NCBI GenBank assembly: GCA_017466695.1
Contig: JAFTTR010000002.1
Location: 166,832-230,831 of the forward strand
Length of the DNA stretch: 64,000 nt
Origin: Alphaproteobacteria bacterium
GTDB taxonomy: Bacteria; Pseudomonadota; Alphaproteobacteria; CAAHEQ01; UBA3637
Direction: 5' to 3'
The notes beneath the pieces are model-generated. The model was not told the origin of the DNA and made no database searches. It saw nothing but the letters and a program-made list of their open reading frames with translations. The translations under genes were made by a program, and so were the position numbers. The number at the start of each line of letters is the position of its first letter. The first letter of the stretch is position 1. Below are positions 1-8,588 of the stretch, piece after piece.

Positions 1-28
1 TTATAACCCAGCAATTAAAGAAAAAACT

Positions 29-1132
29 CTAATCATTTATCAAATCTTTTATTCTTTTTTCAAAAGAACTTAAGGATTTTTCATCCACTAATAGTCTATT
101 GGAAAAAGAAACGACCTCTTGCGCCCAAGAAGGCATATCTAAATAATGAATTGTCTTTGTCCATTCCACAAGCGAGGTATTGGCATGTGCTGTTCTGATA
201 AAATTAAATGTTTCATTTTCAATAACCTTAGCTCTAAATTGATGCCCCATATGGCGTGCTAAAGACATAAAAAAGATAATATCTTCAGCTAAACTCACCG
301 GTAAGACCCCACCAAATGCTTCAACTCCCTCTCGCCAAGTGGACATTTTAAAAACATGAATAGCTCCATCATATGAAATAGGAGGTAAAGCCATTGTGAT
401 TAATTTTGAATATCTATCTTTAATCAGGTTTGTTATCCCATCAATTTGCCTTGAATTATAAAGCTCTTGGGCTTTTGTTAAATCAGGCACCCAAAATCCA
501 TTTGCTTTTTGATAAAAGCCCATATCATTTATACCTAGAAGGGGCTCCTTTTTCTCCTCAAAACAACAAGTGAGCCATTTTGCAATTCGAACAAAGCTAT
601 TTTCTTGCAACAACGAGGCCATTTCATCAAAATAATTTTCTTTTCTAAAATCATCATCATCTGCATAACAAAGTACGTCCCCTGCTCCAAAAACTTCTTC
701 TAATGCAGCGATAGCCATGTTTCGTTTCATCCCAATACTAGGTCGCTCATCCAAAAAATGGTCTAATAAAGTTGCTTTTCGAGGATACCAATCATCCCAT
801 GGAATAAAATAAGACCAACTTTCAACCAATTCTTTTGTTTTTTGGAAATTTTTATGCTCTGGCGTGATTAAAAAATCCATCATTTTTGGCAAAAGCCTGG
901 CATATTTTTGAACAGCTTTTTCCTTTGTCGGCACGTGCAAATAAAGAATATTTTGATATTGAATTTTATCTTGCCCAAAAACAGAAAGCGCCTCTTTTGA
1001 TGAATCAATAATGCATAATCTTAAATTTTCACGCCCTAAAACATTTTGAATCAATTGATATGTTGCAATAAGACGCATTCTCGCCCCAGCGCCTTCTCGG
1101 TACGTTGGGCAAATAATATTTATTTTTTGCAT
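29..1132 (-). CDS. Glycosyltransferase (GT-A fold, DxD-type; GT2-like N-terminus)
   Basis: 367-aa ORF. N-terminal 'NIICPTYRE' resembles the GT2 'IIPTYN' signature. There is an acidic 'YADDDDF' DxD-like motif. It lies in a locus with two other glycosyltransferases. Confidence 0.45.
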   Translation of the reverse strand: MQKINIICPTYREGAGARMRLIATYQLIQNVLGRENLRLCIIDSSKEALSVFGQDKIQYQNILYLHVPTKEKAVQKYARLLPKMMDFLITPEHKNFQKTKELVESWSYFIPWDDWYPRKATLLDHFLDERPSIGMKRNMAIAALEEVFGAGDVLCYADDDDFRKENYFDEMASLLQENSFVRIAKWLTCCFEEKKEPLLGINDMGFYQKANGFWVPDLTKAQELYNSRQIDGITNLIKDRYSKLITMALPPISYDGAIHVFKMSTWREGVEAFGGVLPVSLAEDIIFFMSLARHMGHQFRAKVIENETFNFIRTAHANTSLVEWTKTIHYLDMPSWAQEVVSFSNRLLVDEKSLSSFEKRIKDLIND

Positions 1133-1262
1133 CTAAACCCTCCTAAAGATACAAATAACTTTGACTTCACTATACATCAAAAAAGGCAAAAAAGCAACAA
1201 AGAACTTGACTTTTAAATTGTCCTTTCATACTCTTCTTTTTATAAGATAAAAGGAGAAAACC

Positions 1263-3011
1263 ATGACATATATTGAAAAAATTTCATCCCCCGAGGATAT
1301 TAAAAATCTTTCTATTGAAGAACTTACCTCTCTTGCATCTGAAATAAGAGAAGCTGTTTTAAATAGAGATAGTTTAATCGGTGGCCATGTGGGGCCCAAC
1401 CTTGGCATTGTGGAAGTGGCGATTGCTTTGCACAAAGTTTTCAATTCCCCAACGGACAAGATTGTGTGGGATGTATCACATCAATGCTATCCACATAAGA
1501 TTTTAACCGGCAGAAAAGAAGGCTTTTTAACTGAGGCTGGCATGCAAGAAATTTCAGGTTATACTAACCCAGATGAAAGTAAGCATGATCACTTTAAAAT
1601 TGGGCATACGTCAACGGCTGTTTCTTTAGCTACAGGTCTTGCAAAAGCAAGAGATTTGAAAAATGAAACACATAATATTATTGCTGTTCTAGGAGATGGC
1701 TCTCTTTCAGGGGGTGAAGCTCTTGAAGGCCTTAGTAATGCTGCCGTATTAGGTTCAAACATCCTTATTATTTTAAATGATAATGAAATGTCTATTGCTG
1801 AAAATCATGGGGGGCTTTATCATAATTTAAGAACCTTACGCTCAACTAAAGGCACAGCTTCTGATAACTTATTTAAAGCACTGGGATTTAACTATCATTA
1901 TGTAGAAGAAGGGAACGATTTAGCCACACTTTTGAATGTGTTTAAAAAAGTCAAAGACTGCACCAGCCCTACTCTTTTGCATATCAGAACACTTAAAGGC
2001 AAAGGCTATCCATTTGCTGAAGAAAATAAAGAACGCTGGCATTGGAGCGTGCCTTTTAATCTTCAAGATGGGACCCCTAAAATATCATTTGAAGGCGAAA
2101 ATTTCAATGACATTACTTACAATTTTTTAAATCAAAAAATCAAAAAAGACCCATCTGTTGTAATTGTAAATGCCGGCACCCCAGGAGTCTTTGGTCTTAC
2201 TGAAGAGAGGCGCACTGCCCTTGGAAAAAACTACGTTGATGTTGGAATTGCTGAAGAACATGGCGTTGCTTTTACTTCTGCTCTTGCAAAAGGTGGCTGT
2301 AAGCCTGTTTTTATGGTGATGAGTTCTTTTGTTCAACGCACTTATGATCAACTGTCCCAAGATTTGGCATTAAACAAAAATCCTGCTGTGATTTTGGTGG
2401 CATGGGGTGGTATTTCTGGAGCTGATATGACTCATCTTTGTACATTTGATATCCCTCTTATTAGCAATATTCCAAATCTTGTTTATTTAGCTCCTCAAAC
2501 AGTGGAAGAATATTTGGATATGCTCAATTGGGGCTTAGAACAACAAGAACACCCTGTTGTAATTAGAATGCCAAAATCTGTTATTCATAACCCAAATTTC
2601 AAATCTTTTGATTATGAAAAATTAAACACCTATGATGTTCAACAAAGTGGGCAAAAAGTGGCCATTATTTCTGCTGGAAGCTTTTATTCTTTAGGGAAAG
2701 AAGTTGCCTCTTTATTAGAAGAAAAAGGCATTCATCCAACACTTATTAACCCCAGATATTTAACTGGTTTAGATGTTGATTTACTTGAAAAATTAAAAGA
2801 AAACCATTCTCTTGTTCTCACATTAGAAGATGGCGAATTAGACGGTGGCTTTGGTGAAAAAATCTCTAGATTTTACGCCTCAACCCCTATCAAAACACTT
2901 TGCTTTGGCGCATTTAAAGAATTCACTGATAGAGTTCCTTTGGAAGAATTATATAAGAAATATCACCTAACTCCTGAACAAATTGTTCAAGATGCATTAA
3001 ACATTCTTTAA
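1263..3011 (+). CDS. dxs: 1-deoxy-D-xylulose-5-phosphate synthase
   Basis: 'GGHVGPNLGIVEVAIALHKVFNSPTDKIVWDVSHQCYPHKILTGR' matches the DXS N-terminal/TPP signature. A 'GDGSLSGG' TPP-binding region and a transketolase-like C-terminus are present. A GGAG RBS precedes the ATG. Confidence 0.9.
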   Translation: MTYIEKISSPEDIKNLSIEELTSLASEIREAVLNRDSLIGGHVGPNLGIVEVAIALHKVFNSPTDKIVWDVSHQCYPHKILTGRKEGFLTEAGMQEISGYTNPDESKHDHFKIGHTSTAVSLATGLAKARDLKNETHNIIAVLGDGSLSGGEALEGLSNAAVLGSNILIILNDNEMSIAENHGGLYHNLRTLRSTKGTASDNLFKALGFNYHYVEEGNDLATLLNVFKKVKDCTSPTLLHIRTLKGKGYPFAEENKERWHWSVPFNLQDGTPKISFEGENFNDITYNFLNQKIKKDPSVVIVNAGTPGVFGLTEERRTALGKNYVDVGIAEEHGVAFTSALAKGGCKPVFMVMSSFVQRTYDQLSQDLALNKNPAVILVAWGGISGADMTHLCTFDIPLISNIPNLVYLAPQTVEEYLDMLNWGLEQQEHPVVIRMPKSVIHNPNFKSFDYEKLNTYDVQQSGQKVAIISAGSFYSLGKEVASLLEEKGIHPTLINPRYLTGLDVDLLEKLKENHSLVLTLEDGELDGGFGEKISRFYASTPIKTLCFGAFKEFTDRVPLEELYKKYHLTPEQIVQDALNIL

Positions 3012-3018
3012 AAAGCTT

Positions 3019-3060
3019 AAACAACGCTTCTTAGAAAAAGAAGCGTTGTTTTTTTATTTT
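3019..3060. terminator. Rho-independent terminator (bidirectional hairpin) downstream of dxs
   Basis: Perfect inverted repeat aaacaacgcttctt/aagaagcgttgtt followed by a T-run. Confidence 0.65.
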
Positions 3061-3062
3061 AA

Positions 3063-3242
3063 TTACCAAGCTGATTTATTGTTCCATTTAACCCCATCAG
3101 GAGCCGTTCTTGTATGAGGGGCAACATAGGTTCCATTTTGTTTATAATACCCTCTCACGCGAACAGGACCTGCATCAGCCGTTGCTGAAATAAATAGAGT
3201 TGAAACAAAAATAGCTATTAAAAATAAAAATACGTTTTTCAT
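3063..3242 (-). CDS. Small secreted protein (signal peptide + conserved 'GYYKQNGTYVAPHTRTAPDG' motif)
   Basis: The start was reassigned to the internal ATG at 3242, which has an AAGGAG RBS 8 nt upstream. The 'MKNVFLFLIAIFVSTLFISATA' signal peptide is followed by a Gly/Tyr-rich motif recalled from small secreted proteins of other bacteria. Confidence 0.45.
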   Translation of the reverse strand: MKNVFLFLIAIFVSTLFISATADAGPVRVRGYYKQNGTYVAPHTRTAPDGVKWNNKSAW

Positions 3243-3284
3243 TGTACACTCTCCTTTGTTTTGTTTAAACAAAACCCACCTTTA

Positions 3285-3450
3285 AAAGGCGGGCGGATGT
3301 TAGAAAACCGTGTACAAGTAGACGGCTCGGCTTATTTGGCCAAAACCTTATTCACCGACATCCGTCCTTTAGACGAAGGTCGGCATACTTATTTTAGTCG
3401 CTATGCTTAAACGACTACTTGTACTTAGGGTTTCTACGCCCTAGTATCCA
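3285..3450. ncRNA. GC-rich structured RNA candidate (6S-RNA-like long closing helix with internal hairpins); strand undetermined
   Basis: About 165 nt at ~50% GC in a ~25% GC intergenic region. Long-range inverted repeats pair: gtacaagtag (3312-3321) with ctacttgtac (3415-3424), tagaaaacc with ggtttcta, and gggcg with cgccc. Internal hairpins include ccgac..gtcgg and agtcg..cgact. No ORF is present. Confidence 0.4.
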
Positions 3451-3635
3451 TAAAATGGATAACAAAATTATTATAACACGATCTAGCAAAAATCGTCAAT
3501 AAAAATATGGGGCCATTCAAAAAAAACAACATCCCAACAAACCTTATTGAAATTATAATCCCCACAAAAAACAAAAACTTTTTTCACTCGCCCTTCTCCA
3601 AGCAGAAAAAATGAAATCAAATTTTTATTTCCCAT

Positions 3636-3675
3636 AAAAAAAATCCACCAGCCTTTCGCAAGTGGATTTTTTTCA
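3636..3675. terminator. Rho-independent terminator downstream of the GT-C gene (minus strand)
   Basis: Hairpin atccac..(14 nt)..gtggat flanked by A- and T-runs, immediately 3' of the stop at 3686. Confidence 0.55.
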
Positions 3676-3685
3676 TCACGAGAAC

Positions 3686-5635
3686 TTATTTATTTTTCTT
3701 TTTATTCTCCTTATTTTCATCTTCGTCTTTTGTTTTTCGATCGCGTTGACGATATTGTTTTTCATGAGGTTCTTTTTCAAACTCTTCGATACCATATTTA
3801 TCCCATTTCAAAATCAGTTCTCTCTCATCAAACTTCACAATGGAAGCGTAATCAGTGAACTTACCTTCAACATCACGGAAAACACGATATTTTGAAACCT
3901 GTGTCAACACATCTTCCCAGTAACGATGTTTAACTGAAATTTTAACCTCTTTGAACTCTTCACGCTCTTTCATCAATGCTTCATCATATTCTAAAATCAA
4001 ATATCCATCTAAATTTTTAATCCGATCTTTTAACAATGCGACATCAGGATTATTTTTAGCTGAAGATTCAATTGTTTTCATAAATGGAGGATCAATCAAA
4101 TAGAAATAGCTTTTATCACTTACATAGCCGGACAAAATCTCTTCTTTCACTTTATCAATCAACTTGTGCGTTTTCTTCGAAGGGCGATTTAAGAAGCCAT
4201 AGTTAACATTTTTACGATGTTTAATTGCCCAACGCCACATGTGACGATAGTTTTCATTATGTGCAAAAATAAACACATTTGGATATTGTTTATCCAATCT
4301 TTCCCACTCTTTAGAAACCATTGGTAATGGTTCTTTTGGAGAAATATAAATAAAATCATGTTTTGACTTATATGTTGGATACAAATCCCAAATTTGAACA
4401 CACAACAAAAGTGGTAAGAAAACCAATGCTCCTTTTGGATATTTTTGAACAAACGTCTTGATAATAAAGAAAGCAAGCAAATACCAAACAGGCCAGAAAA
4501 AACGACCTGAATAACGGAACACATTCCCTAACCAATTAATAACCTCCCCTGGTTTATAATCAAGAATAACAGCCGTGCCTAACTTTACTTGTGAGGATAA
4601 AGCAAATAAAGTTAAACCTAACAATAAAATAGCAAGTGGATAATGGCGTTTTAAATTTTCCCCAGCGAACAAACGCTTCACAGAGGGGAAGCAAATGCAA
4701 AGCAATATTAATAAACCAAATCCAAAATAGTTGTCTGCATCAAAATCAGCTTTTGGTGTAATACTTGAAAAGACACGAGATTGACTCCAGATAGGGTTGA
4801 AAAGAGCTGTTAAATTTAAACTCAAACTTCTCCACCCACCACTAGCTAAATTTTGCTCTGTTGAAACCATTCCAAGCAAATAGAACCAAAACAAAAAGAC
4901 ACCAGCCAAAAAGAGTAACCCTTTTATAACTGTTAGCAATGAAATTTGCTTTTCAATCCAATACTTTTGGAAGATTAAAATCGCAAAGAAGCCAGCAATA
5001 ATTGGTAAAAAGTATGGGCATGTTAAAATCGCAAATGAGAACAAAACACCCATCCAAATCCATTCTTTTTTTGTTAAGCGATTATTCAAATATAACAATA
5101 ACGTGAATAACACAATAAAGTGGCACATTAAGTTAATATGTACAAAAACACGCATCATCATAATTGGAGCTGAAACGAAGAATAATGCGCCTAAAACAAT
5201 AAAAAATTTGTTCTTAAATGCATGACGGAAAATAAGGACTGAAGCAATTGCTTGCAAAATGTAGCAAAAGAACATCCAAACACCCACAAATTGCACTTCA
5301 GGAGACAAACCAAAGACTTTATGCAAAAATTTAAAGATAAGCGCTAATAATGGTGATCCATCCGTTCCATGAACAGAAATACCATAAGGATAGGCCAAAT
5401 TCATATGTGTAAAAATAGGCCAACGCCACTCATCTAGGCGATAAAAAACGCTCCCTAAATATGAAACAGTGAAGTCCCCTCCTTTTACAACAAAATCAGT
5501 GTTATAAATATTTAGTGACAGCAATCCAAACATTAACAAATAGGCTGCAATAGTCAATCCGATTGTCACCGACATATCCCAGTTGCGCCAGATGATATTA
5601 TCCTTTGCAAAAAGCTTTTTTATTATTCTCAACAT
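3686..5635 (-). CDS. Polytopic membrane glycosyltransferase, GT-C-like (GtrC/ArnT-type acceptor transferase), with a charged C-terminal tail
   Basis: 649 aa with ~12 predicted TM helices in the N-terminal ~400 aa. A soluble C-terminal domain ends in a Lys/Glu/Asp-rich tail. It lies immediately downstream of, and nearly abutting, a GtrB/ArnC-like polyprenol-phosphate GT2. Confidence 0.5.
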   Translation of the reverse strand: MLRIIKKLFAKDNIIWRNWDMSVTIGLTIAAYLLMFGLLSLNIYNTDFVVKGGDFTVSYLGSVFYRLDEWRWPIFTHMNLAYPYGISVHGTDGSPLLALIFKFLHKVFGLSPEVQFVGVWMFFCYILQAIASVLIFRHAFKNKFFIVLGALFFVSAPIMMMRVFVHINLMCHFIVLFTLLLYLNNRLTKKEWIWMGVLFSFAILTCPYFLPIIAGFFAILIFQKYWIEKQISLLTVIKGLLFLAGVFLFWFYLLGMVSTEQNLASGGWRSLSLNLTALFNPIWSQSRVFSSITPKADFDADNYFGFGLLILLCICFPSVKRLFAGENLKRHYPLAILLLGLTLFALSSQVKLGTAVILDYKPGEVINWLGNVFRYSGRFFWPVWYLLAFFIIKTFVQKYPKGALVFLPLLLCVQIWDLYPTYKSKHDFIYISPKEPLPMVSKEWERLDKQYPNVFIFAHNENYRHMWRWAIKHRKNVNYGFLNRPSKKTHKLIDKVKEEILSGYVSDKSYFYLIDPPFMKTIESSAKNNPDVALLKDRIKNLDGYLILEYDEALMKEREEFKEVKISVKHRYWEDVLTQVSKYRVFRDVEGKFTDYASIVKFDERELILKWDKYGIEEFEKEPHEKQYRQRDRKTKDEDENKENKKKNK

Positions 5636-5643
5636 AAACCCCT

Positions 5644-6582
5644 CTACTGTTTCAATATAGTTGTTTTTTGAACAATATATTTAGGACGACGTTTCGTTTC
5701 CATAAAAATCATCCCAATATATTCACCAATAATGCCCATCATAAACAATTGTACCCCGCCCAAAACAAGCACAACACTCATCAATGATGCCCATCCAGTG
5801 ATAACAGACCCACCAAAGAGTTTTTGATACAACACATAGGCCGTAAATAATCCCCCAAAAAGAGCAATCAGCAAGCCTAAATAAATAGCCACTCTTAATG
5901 GTTTAATACTAAATGAAGTTGCGCCTAAAATGGCAAGTGCAACCATTTTACTCAACGTATAAGAACTTGTTCCTTTGAACCGTTTTTCAGCTTTGTATAA
6001 AATAGCTTTTTGTTTAAAGCCCATCCAAAAAACCATTCCTCTTAAGAAGAGGTTCCCCTCTTGCATAGAGGCAAGCACATTAGCAGCCTTTCTATCCAAC
6101 AAACGAAAATCAGCCGTACCTTGTGGTAATTTTAAACCTGAAAAAAATGAAAATATTTTATAAAACAAATAAGAGGTTGTTTTTTTAAGTATCCCAGCAT
6201 CTTGAGTATCTTGACGAATGGTATAGACAACATCATACCCTTCTTGCCATTGGTTAATCATATCCGTTAATAATTCAGGAGGATGCTGCAAATCAGCATC
6301 CATGGAAATCACACAATCACCTGAGGCATACTCAATCCCTGCCCTTAAAGCATATTGGTGGCCAAAATTGCGTGAAAATGAGACATAGTGAATTTTATCA
6401 TTTTCTTGATGGCATCTTTCCAACACGTCCAGTGAATTATCTTGGCTTCCATCATCTACAAAAATAACTTCATAATCATTATAAGGTTGCAGAACAGGCA
6501 AAAGCCGCTCCAACAACGGATTTATATTTTCAGCTTCATTATAAGCTGGTATCACAACTGAAACTTTAAATTTTTTCATCAT
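5644..6582 (-). CDS. Polyprenol-phosphate glycosyltransferase (GT2, GtrB/ArnC/DPM1-like)
   Basis: 'VSVVIPAYNEAENI..YEVIFVDDGSQD..' GT2 signature with two C-terminal TM helices. The start was moved to the MMKKFK ATG because the upstream ATG at 6633 lies inside the ferredoxin terminator hairpin. Confidence 0.8.
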   Translation of the reverse strand: MMKKFKVSVVIPAYNEAENINPLLERLLPVLQPYNDYEVIFVDDGSQDNSLDVLERCHQENDKIHYVSFSRNFGHQYALRAGIEYASGDCVISMDADLQHPPELLTDMINQWQEGYDVVYTIRQDTQDAGILKKTTSYLFYKIFSFFSGLKLPQGTADFRLLDRKAANVLASMQEGNLFLRGMVFWMGFKQKAILYKAEKRFKGTSSYTLSKMVALAILGATSFSIKPLRVAIYLGLLIALFGGLFTAYVLYQKLFGGSVITGWASLMSVVLVLGGVQLFMMGIIGEYIGMIFMETKRRPKYIVQKTTILKQ

Positions 6583-6632
6583 TTTATATCTTCTTTTGGA
6601 CACCCTAACCCATTTTAAATCAAATGTAAACA

Positions 6633-6672
6633 AAAAAAACGACGCCCTTAAAAAAAAGCGTCGTTTTTATTT
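6633..6672. terminator. Rho-independent terminator downstream of the ferredoxin gene
   Basis: aaaacgacgc / gcgtcgtttt inverted repeat with a T-run on the minus strand. Confidence 0.6.
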
Positions 6673-6682
6673 TCATCTCCAA

Positions 6683-6916
6683 TTAAGCCTTTGGACATTC
6701 TGCAGATTTTTCTGCATTAAACTTAATCCATTTTTCATCAGCTTCATCTGATGAACTAATAGCGCCTTGTGGACATTCTGAAATACAAACACCACAATCG
6801 ATACAATCATCAGGATTAACAACTACTTGTGTCCCTGCATCATGAAAAGCACCAACTGGACAAACATCAACACATGTTCTACATAAGACACATGAATCAT
6901 TTACAACTGAAGGCAT
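6683..6916 (-). CDS. fdxA: 2x[4Fe-4S] ferredoxin
   Basis: Two CxxCxxCxxxCP motifs ('CVLCRTCVDVCP', 'CIDCGVCISECP'). Confidence 0.85.
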   Translation of the reverse strand: MPSVVNDSCVLCRTCVDVCPVGAFHDAGTQVVVNPDDCIDCGVCISECPQGAISSSDEADEKWIKFNAEKSAECPKA

Positions 6917-7060
6917 TTTATTCTCCTTAAAAAAAAATTAAATCCTTGCTCATAATACTCCTAAAAAAAAATTGTGCAAGTGTTTTTTCATAAACTTTCA
7001 TATTATTCCCTTGACGATAACTCAAATAAGACATAAAATACGAAAAAAAAGGAGAAACAA

Positions 7061-7423
7061 ATGGCTACAAATTATAAAATTGGGGATAAAGATACACGCC
7101 CTTGGGGTAAATGGGAAACCATTGATGTAACTGAAAATTATGTTGTAAAAAAAATAACTGTTTTGCCAAAAGGTAAACTATCGCTTCAAAAACACAATTA
7201 TCGTTCAGAACACTGGATAATCACAACAGGTGAAGGCATTGTTACCTTAGGTCAAACAACAAAAAAATGTATAACAAATGACCATATCTTCATCCCAGTT
7301 GGACAGGTACATCGCATTGAAAACCAATCCACTTCCCCTCTTGTTTTTATTGAGGTTCAAACAGGTGAAATTTTAGATGAAAATGACATCATCCGGTTAG
7401 AGGATATTTATAATCGCATTTAA
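7061..7423 (+). CDS. Cupin-domain protein, mannose-6-phosphate isomerase type II C-terminal-domain-like
   Basis: 'RPWGKWETI..KKITVLPKGKLSLQKHNYRSEHWII' matches the PMI type II cupin signature. AAGGAG RBS. Confidence 0.6.
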   Translation: MATNYKIGDKDTRPWGKWETIDVTENYVVKKITVLPKGKLSLQKHNYRSEHWIITTGEGIVTLGQTTKKCITNDHIFIPVGQVHRIENQSTSPLVFIEVQTGEILDENDIIRLEDIYNRI

Positions 7424-7443
7424 GTTTTAAAAAAAATAGTTCA

Positions 7444-7477
7444 AAAGCCCTTATATAAAAGGGCTTTTATTTTTAAT
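7444..7477. terminator. Bidirectional rho-independent terminator
   Basis: aaaagccctt atataa aagggctttt followed by T-runs, between convergent genes. Confidence 0.6.
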
Positions 7478-7487
7478 CAACATTATG

Positions 7488-8327
7488 TTAAAAATCAGGT
7501 TTTAAATCGTTAGGAATACGCCAAAACTGTTCTTTATCATCTATTGGGACATAAAGCATATTATAAGATTCAACCACAAAACCCAACGGATTCAAAACTG
7601 TTTTAACCCCATTATAGGAAGTACGAATAAAAACACGATATCTTAGCTGTCTTGAGGAATTTTCCACCTTACATGTGATACATTTTTTTGAATTATCCGA
7701 ACAATCACAAACAGGATTGTAAGCATCAGGAATAGGCATATCAAACGTTTCAATAACAGCTTCCCACAAATTTTGCTTAATCAGATTTAACTCATAAATA
7801 TGCACATCTCTAACAAAGCCTTTTTTACGAGATTCTTCAAATAAATTATCAGCACTCATACGAAAAGGCATATACACCCTTTTGTAATGTGAATATCCAG
7901 CCACTGGGCCTCCAACATCCCAGCGTTGTGTCATTGTTTTATTTTCCCACACAACCGTATGACGGTTATAAATATAATCTCTCAACAATGATTCAGCAAA
8001 CAATTCCAGAGCATTGACGTTTCTTGTTGAATATTCTGCTGGGATAAGAACCTGTCTTGAAGAATCAATGGAATATAAATTGACCACACGCCTATTTGCA
8101 ATTGAAATATCAATTCGATCAGCATTATATGTAAAAAAACCTGCAACAGCAATCATAACTGCCATATTCAAAAAGATAAACAAAGCTAAAAGTCTAGACG
8201 TTTTTAAATATCTTCTCTCAGGTAAAGCTCTTACCTGCATATATTCAGGATAACGCCCCAATACATCGGGTGAATCCTCTTTTGACCGTCCAAAAAGAGC
8301 TCTTATTAGTCCCATCTTTCTCCCCAA
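7488..8327 (-). CDS. VirB8-like (NTF2-fold) bitopic membrane protein, orphan
   Basis: Cytoplasmic N-terminus, a single TM ('LLALFIFLNMAVMIAVAGFF'), and a periplasmic domain ending in the 'NPLGFVVESY' motif, comparable to the VirB8 C-terminal 'NPLGFNVTSY'. 'SLLRDYIYNRHTVVW' resembles VirB8 'KYWLSQYVIARETYDW'. An unusual Cys cluster (CDCSDNSKKCITC) is also present. Confidence 0.4.
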   Translation of the reverse strand: MGRKMGLIRALFGRSKEDSPDVLGRYPEYMQVRALPERRYLKTSRLLALFIFLNMAVMIAVAGFFTYNADRIDISIANRRVVNLYSIDSSRQVLIPAEYSTRNVNALELFAESLLRDYIYNRHTVVWENKTMTQRWDVGGPVAGYSHYKRVYMPFRMSADNLFEESRKKGFVRDVHIYELNLIKQNLWEAVIETFDMPIPDAYNPVCDCSDNSKKCITCKVENSSRQLRYRVFIRTSYNGVKTVLNPLGFVVESYNMLYVPIDDKEQFWRIPNDLKPDF

Positions 8328-8588
8328 TTTTTTTTAATCTTTTTTTAGAATAAAGAAGTTATAAAAATAAATCAAGTTCTTTTATTCTTACCCATAAAAA
8401 AAAGAAAAAAAAAGAAAAATTTACCTTTGTCGCATAAAATTCACGAGTTGTCATACCACGCATAGCACAAAAATCATCTCTCACACGTTGGTCTAAATTA
8501 TAATCGTTTTTTTACACATTTCAAAATACAAATAAGTACATGAATTTTATATAAAATTCATAAAAATCTTAGATTAAAATTTCTTATT

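Noticed and set aside
1226-1459. 77-aa minus-strand ORF overlapping dxs start; similarly 1936-2130, 2127-2360, 4189-4524, 5975-6163, 8014-8253, 8923-9129, 9683-10343, 12056-12398, 14242-14702, 15857-16174, 17180-17416, 17888-20271 internal ORFs, 22625-22876, 23158-23367, 23948-24285, 24695-25159, 26412-26594, 28031-28319, 29045-29245, 30236-30489, 31602-31820, 33071-33361, 34507-35346, 35391-35741, 36142-36369, 37175-37480, 37206-39209 internal ORFs, 40467-41694, 41669-41887, 43033-43418, 43896-44102, 44435-44635, 45728-45961, 48619-48888, 51186-52964, 53485-54085, 56330-56515, 58029-58432, 59965-60156, 61731-61928
   Set aside because: All lie within or antisense to long, well-supported genes. 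They have low-complexity or AT-codon-biased composition and lack RBSs, so they are treated as frame-shadow ORFs.
3285-3450. tRNA, tmRNA or SRP RNA for the GC-rich element
   Set aside because: No T-loop (GGTTCGAATCC-like) on either strand, no tag-peptide reading frame ending in ..AA-stop, and no SRP domain IV consensus. The length and long closing helix fit a 6S-like or novel sRNA better.
3662-3895. 77-aa plus-strand ORF (Phe/Ile-rich)
   Set aside because: It is antisense to the Lys/Glu-rich tail of the GT-C gene and overlaps its terminator hairpin, so it is a poly-A/T translation artefact.
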